Part shown: one piece after another, positions 1-8,913 of the stretch | Numbering within the stretch: the first letter of the stretch is position 1 | How the letters are laid out: the number at the start of each line of letters is the position of its first letter | Assembly: GCA_035478295.1 (NCBI GenBank) | Contig: DATIJU010000014.1 | Span: forward strand, 202,911 to 266,910 | Source of the DNA: Bacillota bacterium | GTDB lineage: Bacteria > Patescibacteriota > Saccharimonadia > Saccharimonadales > UBA4665 | Reading direction: 5' to 3' | Length of the DNA stretch: 64,000 nucleotides | Translations under genes and position numbers: made by a program | The notes under the pieces: model-generated | What the model was told of the DNA's origin: nothing | Databases searched by the model: none | The model's input: the letters and a program-made list of their open reading frames with translations, nothing else

Positions 1-32
1 ATAACGCTTTCAGGTAGGTTGCGTACCGCACG

Positions 33-242
33 CTACACCTCGGTAAAGTCAAATTGGTTCATAATGTTGTCGTGAAAAAAGCGACCCTTAGAATCGGCGA
101 TCATTAGCTCCTGATAAAGTGACGGCGGTATTTGCAAATAACGGTACACACTGCCCGACTGAAATTCTACCTCAAGCATCTGCTCCTCAGCGCTGTAGCC
201 AACCGATATCAAGTTAGAAGAATTTACGAGTATTCTATCCAT
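33..242 (-). CDS. Stand-alone KTSC-domain protein (~69 aa)
   Basis: ORF 33..251 starts on GTG. I prefer the ATG at 242 (MDRILVNSSNLISVGY...), which is preceded by GGGGTG. It has the KTSC pattern: N-terminal V-x-SS-x-L-x-S-V-GY and a central Y-x-Y (VYRYLQIP). It lies on the same strand directly downstream of the KTSC-Ham1 gene. Confidence 0.7.
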   Translation of the reverse strand: MDRILVNSSNLISVGYSAEEQMLEVEFQSGSVYRYLQIPPSLYQELMIADSKGRFFHDNIMNQFDFTEV

Positions 243-279
243 AATATACACCCCGCTTTTACGTAAAAATCATTATACC

Positions 280-1074
280 CTAGACGCGCTTTAATCGGCG
301 CTGAAAGACAAACCATTTTGCAAATTCCTGCCACAACGAACCGTCTTGCGCTATAACGTCGTCGGCCTCTACGGCTGCAAGCGAACGGGTATCGCCATCC
401 ATAACTACAGCTTGCCGAAATGTAGTGAGGTCACTGGGCAGTGACTCTAAAACCTTGCCCCAGTGGTCTTTCGTAAAAGCCTTGGCGCGCTTACCGTCGT
501 AGTATACGATCGTTTCGGTGCAGCCTATGGTGCGGTCGTTCTTGCCGGTCAAAAGCGCTAGAAAGTCTTCGGGCCGCAGCCATTTGTCCACGTCTTTCAT
601 GTAGGCGCCCGGGAAGCCGCGCAGCGCTAAAATGTTCCAATACTCATCCATAACCAGCACCGGGCGGCGCGCAAGGCGAAATGCCTCTTTGGCCTTATGC
701 AGCGCAATTTTATGTGCGTTGTTGCCCTGAATTTCGTCCACCGGCAATTCGAGCTGCTCAATCGATATAGCAAGCGGCTCGCACACGGCGCGCAGTTGCT
801 GTAACTTACGCGTATTGCCCGTCACAAAAGCCAATGACCTATCGCTGGCTTGTTCGGGCGCCTTGCCTACCCGCCGATAACGGTATTGGCGATTAATAAA
901 GGCGTAGAAAAACTCACCGTAAGATTCGGTGCGCATAAAACGTTCGTATACATCCGGGGCAACGTCGAAGTACTGATACACACGGTCTTCTTTGAACTCG
1001 ATCTCCAGCACACGTTCTTTAGGATCGTACCCAATTGACACAAGGTCTGACGACTCGACTGCAATCCGTTGCAT
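280..1074 (-). CDS. Fusion protein: N-terminal KTSC domain plus C-terminal Ham1/ITPase-like non-canonical NTP pyrophosphatase
   Basis: 264-aa ORF with an ATG start and an AGAGG Shine-Dalgarno. Residues 1-70 (MQRIAVESSDLVSIGYD...VYQYFDVAP) resemble the 69-aa KTSC protein. The remainder (LAFVTGNTRKLQQL...VDEIQG...VLVMDEYWNILALRGFPGAYMKD...) matches the Ham1/RdgB/ITPA pattern. It starts 23 nt downstream of the lysS stop. Confidence 0.72.
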   Translation of the reverse strand: MQRIAVESSDLVSIGYDPKERVLEIEFKEDRVYQYFDVAPDVYERFMRTESYGEFFYAFINRQYRYRRVGKAPEQASDRSLAFVTGNTRKLQQLRAVCEPLAISIEQLELPVDEIQGNNAHKIALHKAKEAFRLARRPVLVMDEYWNILALRGFPGAYMKDVDKWLRPEDFLALLTGKNDRTIGCTETIVYYDGKRAKAFTKDHWGKVLESLPSDLTTFRQAVVMDGDTRSLAAVEADDVIAQDGSLWQEFAKWFVFQRRLKRV

Positions 1075-1097
1075 GGTAGTTACCTCTTGCTGTTCGG

Positions 1098-3089
1098 CTA
1101 GAACAGCTGGAAATCTTTTGTTACTCTCTGGACATCTTCAGTTTTACCAAAGATAACAACCCCCCAAAAGTCGAGTTCGTCGATTGTTTTATCTTTAACG
1201 ATGGCTATTTCTTCGAGGCTTGGCCCGAGCGTCATGGTTTCGATAAAAACATTGGCGGACAAATGCGCCTGCTGTGCTTTACGGTACGCCTTTTGCAGCT
1301 CTTTGCTGTCGGCGGCGCGCAAGACGATGGTGGGATGGTGGGAGATGACGGCGTCGAATTCGCCGGTCTTATCCCGGTACTCCAGATAATGCAAGGCCTG
1401 TGGGTCAGGAAGCGTACCTATAAGCCCGGAAACGGCATGACTCGCCGCGTTCAGCAGCCGACCATCTTCAACATTTTTGTTCAAAATAACAGCCAGCCGG
1501 TACTCACCTTCTGCTGGCAAGTCCACCGAAGGAGCGCTCAAGTTACGACGCGTTGCACGGCCGGCCGTCGAGAGCTGCAGCTCGGGATAGAGGCCCTTGG
1601 TTACTTCGTCGACCTCGCGCCGAAGCTGCGGGAATATAACTCCTTCGCGGGCGGTTACACCCTCTAGGTACCAAAAGACTCGCTCCGAAAAACCAAAACC
1701 GCATGCTGGCGGCATAGCGTACTCGAGCGCCTCTACGTAGTCGATATCCAGCATCATAGCTTCGTCGTCGCCGGCGTCGCGCATGGCCTGCTGCTCTTTG
1801 AAGCGGTTGAGCTGATCTATAGGGTCGTTTAGTTCAGAATAGGCCTTGCAAAGTTCAGTGCCGCCCAGGAGTAGATTGAACTGCTCAGTGAGCTCTGGGT
1901 TGTTAACTTGCGTCTTGGCTAGCGGCTGCAAAAAAGTCGGGATATCTACCAAAAATGCCGGCCCGGCGAGAGTAGTGCGTACCTTTTTCCAAAGCTTGTC
2001 GATACCCCGCGAGCGATTTTCGGTCTGCTCTACCTCTATGTTGTGCGCGCGTAACTGTTCCTTTACTTCATCGAGCGATGAAGTAAAAACGTCTAGGCCG
2101 TAGTTATCGCGAATAACGTCTACAAAGCTAATACGTGGCCACTCTTGGTTGTCTGGGCCGAGGTCAACCTCCATACCCGTAGCCAGTTTAAACTGACGGG
2201 TGCCCCAGGTACGGTCTGCAACCTGCCTCACCAAACGCTCAGTAAGCTTCATGCCCTGTTGCCAATCGGCATACGCCCAATACCATTCCATGGCTACATG
2301 CTCTGGCAAGTGCTCGTCAGAGTAATTCTCATTACGAAAACGCGGACCAATATCGAATACCTTTTCGTAGCCGCCTACGAGCAGTCGTTTGAGCGGTAAC
2401 TCATGAGAGATACGCAGATAAAAATCTTGGCCGAGGGCGTCCATGTGGGTTACAAAAGGGTTCGCATCAGCACCACCAGTAGTGAGTTCCAATACCGGGA
2501 TGTTAATCTCTACAAAACCCTCGCTCATTAAGAATTCGCGGGTAGACTGCCAAAACATACTGCGGCGCAAAAAACGGCCGTAAACATCCTGATTTACGTT
2601 AGTGTCGACATAACGGCGACGCAAACGCTCCTCTTTGTTTGTGAAGCCCTCCTGCGCACTAGGTAATGGACGCAAGGCTTTAGTAAGTAGGCGCAAACGG
2701 CGTACTTCTATTGATGTCTCGCCGGTCTGAGTTTTGATAACCGGCCCGTGTGCCTCTACAAAATCACCAGAGTCTAGCAGCGGCAATTGCTCAATCCCAA
2801 GCTGGCTATCTTCGGCTTTGAGTGTCTCAACAACGCCCTCACGCAAAAACAGCTGTAGGGTGCCGCTGGCATCCCGGATTACCACAAAGGCGATCTTCCC
2901 AAACTTACGGATATTAACAATCCGCCCCACTACACTCACCTCTTGGCCTTGCAGTTGATCAAATTGCTCGATTATTTGTGCCAGTTTGTGAGTGCGTTCG
3001 GTATTAGCCGGGTACGGGTTAACGCCCAGTTTTTTGAGTTCCTCTAGTTTACGCAGCCGCTCATCGCGGAAATCTTTTAGTGTGGCCAT
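1098..3089 (-). CDS. lysS: Lysyl-tRNA synthetase (class II) with an extra C-terminal DUF2000/PTH2-like domain
   Basis: 663-aa ORF with an ATG start. It has an N-terminal OB anticodon-binding region (VSVVGRIVNIRKFGKIAFVVIRD) and class II core motifs (FRNE, GGTELCKAYSELNDP, PPACGFGFSERV). The core ends near residue ~490. After a linker, residues ~530-663 (nt 1098..1502; YRLAVILNKNVEDGRLLNAASHAVSGL...VVIFGKTEDVQRVTKDFQLF) resemble DUF2000. Confidence 0.9.
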   Translation of the reverse strand: MATLKDFRDERLRKLEELKKLGVNPYPANTERTHKLAQIIEQFDQLQGQEVSVVGRIVNIRKFGKIAFVVIRDASGTLQLFLREGVVETLKAEDSQLGIEQLPLLDSGDFVEAHGPVIKTQTGETSIEVRRLRLLTKALRPLPSAQEGFTNKEERLRRRYVDTNVNQDVYGRFLRRSMFWQSTREFLMSEGFVEINIPVLELTTGGADANPFVTHMDALGQDFYLRISHELPLKRLLVGGYEKVFDIGPRFRNENYSDEHLPEHVAMEWYWAYADWQQGMKLTERLVRQVADRTWGTRQFKLATGMEVDLGPDNQEWPRISFVDVIRDNYGLDVFTSSLDEVKEQLRAHNIEVEQTENRSRGIDKLWKKVRTTLAGPAFLVDIPTFLQPLAKTQVNNPELTEQFNLLLGGTELCKAYSELNDPIDQLNRFKEQQAMRDAGDDEAMMLDIDYVEALEYAMPPACGFGFSERVFWYLEGVTAREGVIFPQLRREVDEVTKGLYPELQLSTAGRATRRNLSAPSVDLPAEGEYRLAVILNKNVEDGRLLNAASHAVSGLIGTLPDPQALHYLEYRDKTGEFDAVISHHPTIVLRAADSKELQKAYRKAQQAHLSANVFIETMTLGPSLEEIAIVKDKTIDELDFWGVVIFGKTEDVQRVTKDFQLF

Positions 3090-3112
3090 ATCTGTCTCAT
3101 CTTATCATAAAC

Positions 3113-3138
3113 GAAACTCCCGCCGATGCAGGAGTTTC
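3113..3138 (-). terminator. Hairpin between greA and lysS (weak terminator or attenuator candidate)
   Basis: 8-bp stem GAAACTCC/GGAGTTTC with a 10-nt loop. On the minus strand it is followed by GTTTATGAT, which is only partly U-rich. Confidence 0.3.
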
Positions 3139-3160
3139 GAAGGTTATTACTTTGTTACCT

Positions 3161-3622
3161 TTAGCTGATGTCGGCGATTTTGTAAGTGGCGGTTTCTACG
3201 GGAGTCTTGATCTCGACTTCGTCGCCTTCCTTCTTACCCATAAGTGCCTTACCGATTGGTGACTCGTCGGAGATCTTGCCATTGAGCGGGTCGGCCTCTA
3301 CCGTGCCTACCACCTGGAACTCTTTGGTTTTACCATCTTCGCTCTTGAGGCGGATAGTAGAGCCCAATACGACTTTACTGTCGCCCTTAGGTGCCGTAAT
3401 CACCTGCACGTTCTTAAGGATGTGCTCGATCTCAGCAACGCGACTCTCGTTACGTTCCTGATCCTGGCGAGCGGCAGTGTATTCCATATTCTCGCCAAGG
3501 TCGCCGAATTCGCGAGCGGTTTTAATACGATCAGCAATCACCGACCTTTGAGCCACGAGCTCTTTTAGCTCTGCTTGTAATTCTTCTACACCTTGCTTGG
3601 TTAAATGGAACAGCTTATTCAT
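3161..3622 (-). CDS. greA: Transcription elongation factor GreA
   Basis: 153 aa with an ATG start and an AAGGAG SD. N-terminal coiled coil (LTKQGVEELQAELKEL...) with acidic tip DLGENMEYTAARQDQ, plus a C-terminal globular domain. Confidence 0.9.
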   Translation of the reverse strand: MNKLFHLTKQGVEELQAELKELVAQRSVIADRIKTAREFGDLGENMEYTAARQDQERNESRVAEIEHILKNVQVITAPKGDSKVVLGSTIRLKSEDGKTKEFQVVGTVEADPLNGKISDESPIGKALMGKKEGDEVEIKTPVETATYKIADIS

Positions 3623-3690
3623 GGTTTTATCGTTCTTACTCCTTAAAATCGTGTCTGGTAATGTTCGCCTTGATGGTCGGATGACAGTTC

Positions 3691-3699
3691 ATTATATCA
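3691..3699 (-). promoter_or_regulatory. Extended -10 promoter element for greA (TGATATAAT on the minus strand)
   Basis: The minus strand reads cTGaTATAAT, about 70 nt upstream of the greA ATG and just after the proS stop. Confidence 0.4.
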
Positions 3700-3705
3700 G
3701 CCCCG

Positions 3706-5427
3706 CTACTTTGCAGCGACCATTTTTATCACGTTGTCTTTTTCGAGCAACTGTGCTTCCTGTGAACTCCTATGTTTCACTTCAAATTGACCATTCTGCA
3801 GGCTACGGTCGCTCACCACTATCCTATACGGTAAACCGATGAGGTCGGCGTCGGCAAATTTTTCACCGGCTCTTGCCGCGTTGCGGTCGTCGTATAGCAC
3901 GGCTACGCCAGCTTTTCTCAAATCTTCGTAGAGACTGTCGGCAGCGGCCAGCACATTCTCGGATTCACCGAGCGGCGCCAAGTACACGGCATACGGCGCA
4001 ACATTGTCGGGCCACAGTATGCCCTTATCATCATGATGCGCTTCGGCAATTGCAGCCAGAGTGCGGCCAATGCCAATACCATAGCAGCCCATGTAATACT
4101 TCTGACGCTTGCCTTGCTCGTCGGTATATTCGGCGTCGTGCATGAGGTTGGTGTAGTGATATCCCAGCTGGAAAATGTTGCCTACCTCAATGCCCTTCTT
4201 TTCGACCAATACCCCACCGTCCGGACCGGTAAAGCCTGGCTGCGCGAGTGCGATGTCAGCCTCGATGTCGGGCTTATAATCGCGGTCGATATTAATATTG
4301 AGCAAGTCTGCGCTTTTCTTGTTGTTACCGCCATACATATTGCGCACGGTACGCAGGCTCTTGTCGCCGACAATAACGACCGGGCGCCCGCTCTTACGCC
4401 CCTTCTTTACAAAGCCCACGGGGCTAATAAAGCCTGGCTCGCTATCTAGGTCTTCGCGAATTTCTTCTTCGGTGGCGGAGCGGAGCTCCCAGGCACCTGC
4501 GACCTGCATAAGCTTGGTCTCGTTCACATCAAAGTCGCCGCGGATAATTGCCAAAATATACCGCTTCGTAGCCTCGTCAAAGAATAAAACGTCTTTGGTC
4601 TGCTGCCACAAGGGTAAATTGTGCAGTTTTACGCCGTCTTCCATGGTCGTGCCACGAACGGCTTCTACCTCTTGCAGGTCGCGTAATTCTTCGTCCATGT
4701 TCTTGTCGTCTACCTTAAAGGTAGCCACGTCTTCGTGAGCGGCATAGCCGCTGGTTTCGTCGATAAAGTAACGGCTTTCGCCTTGGTCGCTCTCGACGAT
4801 AAACTCGTGACAGTATTCGCCACCTATATAGCCGTTATCGGCAGCCACTACATCCACCTTAAGACCCAGCTCAGTAAATATCGCGACATAGGTATCCCAC
4901 ATCTGCTGATACGTTTCCTTAAACTGGACTTCGGTACCGAAGCTGTAAGCGTCCTTCATGACGAACTCACGCACACGCAAAAGTCCGCCGCGGGCACGCA
5001 TTTCGTCGCGAAATTTCATACTGAACTGATATACGTTAAACGGCAAATCTTTGTAGCTCACGTTAAACTTACGCACCAGATCAACAGCCATTTCTTCGGC
5101 CGTGCCGCCGAGTGCAAAGTCGGCACCGCGACGGTCGGTAATTTTCATAAGCTCAAAACCGGTTGTCGTGGTGCGGTTTGTCTCTGCCCAGAGCTCCAGG
5201 GGATGCAGTGTGGGCATGAGCACTTCCTGCGCGCCGGCGTCGTTCATGTGCCTGCGTACAACATCGGTAATTTTGCTGTGCACGACTTGCCCCAGAGGCA
5301 GCATGTAATAACGCCCGGCGGTCGACTCGCGGACAAAGCCACCCTGCACTAGCAGACGGTGTGAGGGACTTTTGTAATCTGCCCCCTCCGTTTTAGAAGT
5401 CCTCCCAAATAATTGTGAGACCCTCAT
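3706..5427 (-). CDS. proS: Prolyl-tRNA synthetase, bacterial type with inserted editing domain
   Basis: 573 aa with an ATG start and an AAGGAG SD. The N-terminus MRVSQLFGRTSK...HRLLVQGGF is typical of ProRS. Class II motifs and a C-terminal anticodon-binding domain are present (APYAVYLAPLG...LYDDR). Confidence 0.92.
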   Translation of the reverse strand: MRVSQLFGRTSKTEGADYKSPSHRLLVQGGFVRESTAGRYYMLPLGQVVHSKITDVVRRHMNDAGAQEVLMPTLHPLELWAETNRTTTTGFELMKITDRRGADFALGGTAEEMAVDLVRKFNVSYKDLPFNVYQFSMKFRDEMRARGGLLRVREFVMKDAYSFGTEVQFKETYQQMWDTYVAIFTELGLKVDVVAADNGYIGGEYCHEFIVESDQGESRYFIDETSGYAAHEDVATFKVDDKNMDEELRDLQEVEAVRGTTMEDGVKLHNLPLWQQTKDVLFFDEATKRYILAIIRGDFDVNETKLMQVAGAWELRSATEEEIREDLDSEPGFISPVGFVKKGRKSGRPVVIVGDKSLRTVRNMYGGNNKKSADLLNINIDRDYKPDIEADIALAQPGFTGPDGGVLVEKKGIEVGNIFQLGYHYTNLMHDAEYTDEQGKRQKYYMGCYGIGIGRTLAAIAEAHHDDKGILWPDNVAPYAVYLAPLGESENVLAAADSLYEDLRKAGVAVLYDDRNAARAGEKFADADLIGLPYRIVVSDRSLQNGQFEVKHRSSQEAQLLEKDNVIKMVAAK

Positions 5428-5479
5428 GATCTACTCCTTAATCTATAAATTGTGTATACGATTACTAAAAAATGGTTGA

Positions 5480-5506
5480 GAAAATAAACTACGGCCGGGG
5501 GGCCGG
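5480..5506 (-). terminator. Candidate intrinsic terminator after the CPBP protease gene
   Basis: The minus strand reads CGGCC-CCCC-GGCCG (5-bp GC stem) followed by TAGTTTATTTTCTC. Confidence 0.35.
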
Positions 5507-5568
5507 GATCATCGGGTGAAGGCTACGGATAGACTGAAAATGCTTCATTTAGGGTCAGTATAACATAC

Positions 5569-6348
5569 CTACTTGCTGATAAAGATAAAAAGGTACAGAT
5601 AGGCGATGCCGTTTTTGAGCATGTGTAGCACGATACTTGCCCACAAACTGCCGGTGTACTCGCGTAAGATACACAGCGCTATAGACAGCAGGAATGTGTC
5701 GATGCCCCCCACCCACAAGAGGCCGCCCTTCCCTTCAAGCAAGTGCGGTATGGCAAACGCAACACTCACGAGCAAGGCTGACCATATAAACGGCAGCTTC
5801 TTGCGGAGTCCGCTAAACAGTACACCCCGAAAAAGCGTCTCTTCTACGAGCGGCGGCAGGATTACTAAGCTTACAAAAGTCAGTATTTTGTCCAGGTTGG
5901 TTGTTACCGTATCGAAGCCGATTTCCTGTTTTTGATCAAGCGGTATATGAGCAAGCCAGCCGGCCAGCACCGTAACGATAATCAGTAAAACGTAGTAAGC
6001 CATGCCCGCTACAATCGCCCAAAGCGGATCGCTCAGGCGCGGACGACGGGTAAACCCAAGCGACTTAAAAGTGATCCGCTTGCGGAGCATAAGCCAAAGC
6101 AACAACACGGTAAAGCCCTCGGCAAGCACAATAAATACAAACTGACCAAAGGTGGAGTTTAGCCAGTGGCGGGCATGGCTGTTGGACATATGGGTAAAGT
6201 AGGTCACAAGCAGGAGCGCCCCAAGTGCGACGAACTGAGCAACAATATATGAAACTACCACGGCAATAAGGCCTCGCACCGGACCCCACTTTACGCCAGC
6301 GTAGGCAGACAACTTGACTAACGGGACGCTAGAAGAATCTTCGGACAT
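5569..6348 (-). CDS. CPBP (CAAX/Abi) family intramembrane metalloprotease
   Basis: Multi-TM protein with the EETLFRG (EExxxR) motif and a later AIPHLLEG His motif. The longest ORF starts on TTG at 6354. The ATG at 6348 is preferred and overlaps the rseP stop by ~20 nt. Confidence 0.78.
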   Translation of the reverse strand: MSEDSSSVPLVKLSAYAGVKWGPVRGLIAVVVSYIVAQFVALGALLLVTYFTHMSNSHARHWLNSTFGQFVFIVLAEGFTVLLLWLMLRKRITFKSLGFTRRPRLSDPLWAIVAGMAYYVLLIIVTVLAGWLAHIPLDQKQEIGFDTVTTNLDKILTFVSLVILPPLVEETLFRGVLFSGLRKKLPFIWSALLVSVAFAIPHLLEGKGGLLWVGGIDTFLLSIALCILREYTGSLWASIVLHMLKNGIAYLYLFIFISK

Positions 6349-7420
6349 CGACAATGGTGATTAAAACGATAAGACCAAGCAGAAATACGAAACTCGATCC
6401 CACAATGCGCTCTTCCATGTCTTTTGTCAGGCGCTTCCCGAATAACCGCGACAGCAAAAGTACATAGAACCGGCCACCGTCCAGTGCCGGTATGGGCAGT
6501 ACGTTCATGATGGCCAAGCTAAGCGATATGAGCCCGATAATAAGCAGCACAAATTGATAGCCGAGCAGGCTGCCGTCGTGCAGCACCACCACAATACCCA
6601 CCGGTCCAGACACCTGCTCGCTCGCTTTGGCGCCGTCGCCATGGAAAATAGCGTTAATAGCCGTGCCCAGGCCCTGGAATGTGACCACCGTAAACTGCTT
6701 AATGAGCCCTAGAGCCTGCAGCGGCGCCGACCAAGTGGCGCGCGTAAGCGAAAACTCTGCCGGCGACAAGCCCAGGTATGCCCCGCTCTTGGCCTGCGCC
6801 TGTGTGCGCAGTCTTGCGTTCGTTACATGGGTTTTGCCGTCGCGTACATATGTAATGGCAACCTTTTGGCCGGCAAATTGCTTCGTGATCCTCGGCAGCT
6901 GCTCGGCACTCGTCACATTTACGCCGCCAAATGAAATAATCTGATCGCGAACCATAAGGTCGGTCGCGGCAGCCGGCGAATGCGGCTCTATGTAGCCAAC
7001 AAAAATCTGCCGCTGCGACGTTTTGGTATCACTTGCAACGTGATACTGGTTCTCGAGCAATTGCGGCATACCTACCCAACCCAAAATCGTAAAGATAACG
7101 AAGGCTGCCAGCAGATTCATGCCTACACCGGCCAGCATAATTTTGGCCTTGGTGCTAAAACGAGCGGCACCAAAGCTACCATGCTCGGTAGCGGCGTCGT
7201 TCTCGCCCTTAAGCTTTACGAAACCACCGATAGGCAGCCAGTTGAGCGTAAACAAAAAACCTTTTTTGGTCTTTTTAGCCCATGCCCGCGGCGGAAAACC
7301 TATGCCAAACTCCTCAACCTCTACCCCGCCCCGCCGAGCAACAATAAAGTGCCCAAATTCGTGCAATACCACGAGGCCGACAAACAGGAGTAGCCCAATA
7401 ATTAGCAAAATGACTGACAT
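6329..7420 (-). CDS. rseP: Site-2 protease RseP/RasP family (M50 zinc metalloprotease with PDZ)
   Basis: 363 aa with an ATG start and an AGGGGG SD. HEFGHFIVA (HExxH) lies in the first TM, followed by a central PDZ-like segment and the NVLPIPALDGG motif near the C-terminus. Confidence 0.87.
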   Translation of the reverse strand: MSVILLIIGLLLFVGLVVLHEFGHFIVARRGGVEVEEFGIGFPPRAWAKKTKKGFLFTLNWLPIGGFVKLKGENDAATEHGSFGAARFSTKAKIMLAGVGMNLLAAFVIFTILGWVGMPQLLENQYHVASDTKTSQRQIFVGYIEPHSPAAATDLMVRDQIISFGGVNVTSAEQLPRITKQFAGQKVAITYVRDGKTHVTNARLRTQAQAKSGAYLGLSPAEFSLTRATWSAPLQALGLIKQFTVVTFQGLGTAINAIFHGDGAKASEQVSGPVGIVVVLHDGSLLGYQFVLLIIGLISLSLAIMNVLPIPALDGGRFYVLLLSRLFGKRLTKDMEERIVGSSFVFLLGLIVLITIVDVRRFF

Positions 7421-7453
7421 AAACCCCCTATTACGTATTTACCCGGCTTACGA

Positions 7454-7540
7454 GGACCTTCATAGCATGGTGCAGTGTGAGTGTATAACGAGCATCGGAG
7501 CGCAGGTATACGCTCGCAATGTGCCGTGCTATGAAGGTCC
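7454..7540 (-). other. 87-nt long-stem inverted repeat in the uppS-rseP spacer (structured RNA candidate)
   Basis: The arms ggaccttcatagcatgg (7454..7470) and ccgtgctatgaaggtcc (7524..7540) pair at 16 of 17 positions. They enclose ~53 nt that contains an inner GAGCG/CGCTC helix. No U-run follows. Confidence 0.45.
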
Positions 7541-7545
7541 AGCCA

Positions 7546-8241
7546 CTAAGCGCCGAAACGGCGTTGGCGGCGATTATACTCTTTAATAATATCGGCCACG
7601 TCGTCTTTTGTCATGTCGGGCCAATACTTCTGCATAAAGTACAGCTCACTATATGCGGCACGCCACAGCATGAAATTGCTCAAGCGATGCTCCCCCGATG
7701 TTCGAACAATCATGTCTACGGGCGGTACATCCGGTACATACAAACGCGCTGCAATTGCTTCTGGAGTGACGTCTTCGGGATCAAGGCCATCAATCACACA
7801 CTGACGCGCTGCGTCAGCAATCTCTTGCTGGCCGCCATAGTTAAAACATACCAGCACCGTACCACCCTTCAGCGAACGTGTTGCTTCTTCGGCTTTATTG
7901 ACGCCCTCAAGCAGTTTGGCGCTAATACCTTCGCGCCGCCCCACGTAACGCACGCGTATACCTTTATCAATAAATCGCTTTAGGTCGGACGTTACGGCTT
8001 TAGTGGCCAGCTTCATAATGTTGTTAACTTCGGACTTATCACGCTTCCAGTTCTCGGTCGAAAACGTATACACGCTGACAAATTCCACACCCAGCTCGAA
8101 TGCACCCTCAATAACCTCGCGCAGCGCGTTATAGCCAGCTAAATGGCCATCGTATTCGGGCAAGCTATGCTGCGTTGCCCAACGGCGATTGCCGTCTACG
8201 ATAAAGCCAAGATGCCTTGGTATGGTAGTAGTTGATTCCAT
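7546..8241 (-). CDS. uppS: Undecaprenyl diphosphate synthase (cis-prenyltransferase)
   Basis: 231 aa with an ATG start. Motifs present: HLGFIVDGNRRWA, FSTENWKR, RTSGEHRLSNFMLW. Confidence 0.92.
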   Translation of the reverse strand: MESTTTIPRHLGFIVDGNRRWATQHSLPEYDGHLAGYNALREVIEGAFELGVEFVSVYTFSTENWKRDKSEVNNIMKLATKAVTSDLKRFIDKGIRVRYVGRREGISAKLLEGVNKAEEATRSLKGGTVLVCFNYGGQQEIADAARQCVIDGLDPEDVTPEAIAARLYVPDVPPVDMIVRTSGEHRLSNFMLWRAAYSELYFMQKYWPDMTKDDVADIIKEYNRRQRRFGA

Positions 8242-8279
8242 CTGGCCAATTATACCTTAGTCGTGAGTAACATAAGCGG

Positions 8280-8831
8280 CTAAACAGTCATTATCTCTGA
8301 CTCTTTGCTCTTGGCCGCCACTTCTACCTCGGTTTTGGCTTTAGCCATAGCCTCGTCCACTTGCTTCTCGAAACGCTTGGCATCGTCTTCACCGACAACC
8401 TTGTCTTTTTTGGCTTTATTGATGGCGTCCATCGCATCGTGACGGATAGCCCTGAGCGCAATCATGGCGTCCTCTACTTTGCCAGACAACACCTTTACAA
8501 ACTCCCGGCGGCGCTCTTCGGTAAGCGCAGGGATGGGCACCCGTACAACGCGGCCGTCGTCCATAGGGTTAAGCCCTAAAGTGGGATTATCGCGGATGGC
8601 GCTGGCGATCGCCTGAATATTATTTGGATCGAACGGCGTAATTTGGATGAGCTGTGCTTCGGGAGCAGTTACATTTGCCACCTGATTAAGCGGCATCGCC
8701 GTGCCGTAAGCAGTTACCGTGACGCCATCAAGCATACTGGCGCTGGCGCGGCCCGTGCGCACCCTTTTGGCGTCTTCCTGAAAGTGCATAACAGCTTGCT
8801 TCATTTTTTCTTCGTATGACTTAATATCCAT
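8280..8831 (-). CDS. frr: Ribosome recycling factor
   Basis: 183 aa with an ATG start. Full-length RRF pattern (RTGRASASMLDGV...VRVPIPALTEERRRE...). Confidence 0.94.
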   Translation of the reverse strand: MDIKSYEEKMKQAVMHFQEDAKRVRTGRASASMLDGVTVTAYGTAMPLNQVANVTAPEAQLIQITPFDPNNIQAIASAIRDNPTLGLNPMDDGRVVRVPIPALTEERRREFVKVLSGKVEDAMIALRAIRHDAMDAINKAKKDKVVGEDDAKRFEKQVDEAMAKAKTEVEVAAKSKESEIMTV

Positions 8832-8865
8832 AAAGTAAATCCTTGTTTCAACTAGTAGTGTACAA

Positions 8866-8896
8866 CAAAAACCGTCCTCCTACGGGACGGTTTTTG
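8866..8896 (-). terminator. Rho-independent terminator between tsf and frr
   Basis: aaaaaccgtcc-tcctac-gggacggttttt forms a GC-containing stem flanked by an A-run and a T-run (bidirectional shape). It lies 18 nt after the tsf stop. Confidence 0.6.
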
Positions 8897-8913
8897 GGGT
8901 GGCCGTTTTAAAG

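Noticed and set aside
5428-5568. Possible T-box or other riboswitch upstream of proS, and a regulatory leader upstream of lysS
   Set aside because: No GGUACCGC-type T-box core or other recognisable riboswitch motif is present. The GC hairpin plus T-rich tail reads better as the terminator of the upstream CPBP gene.
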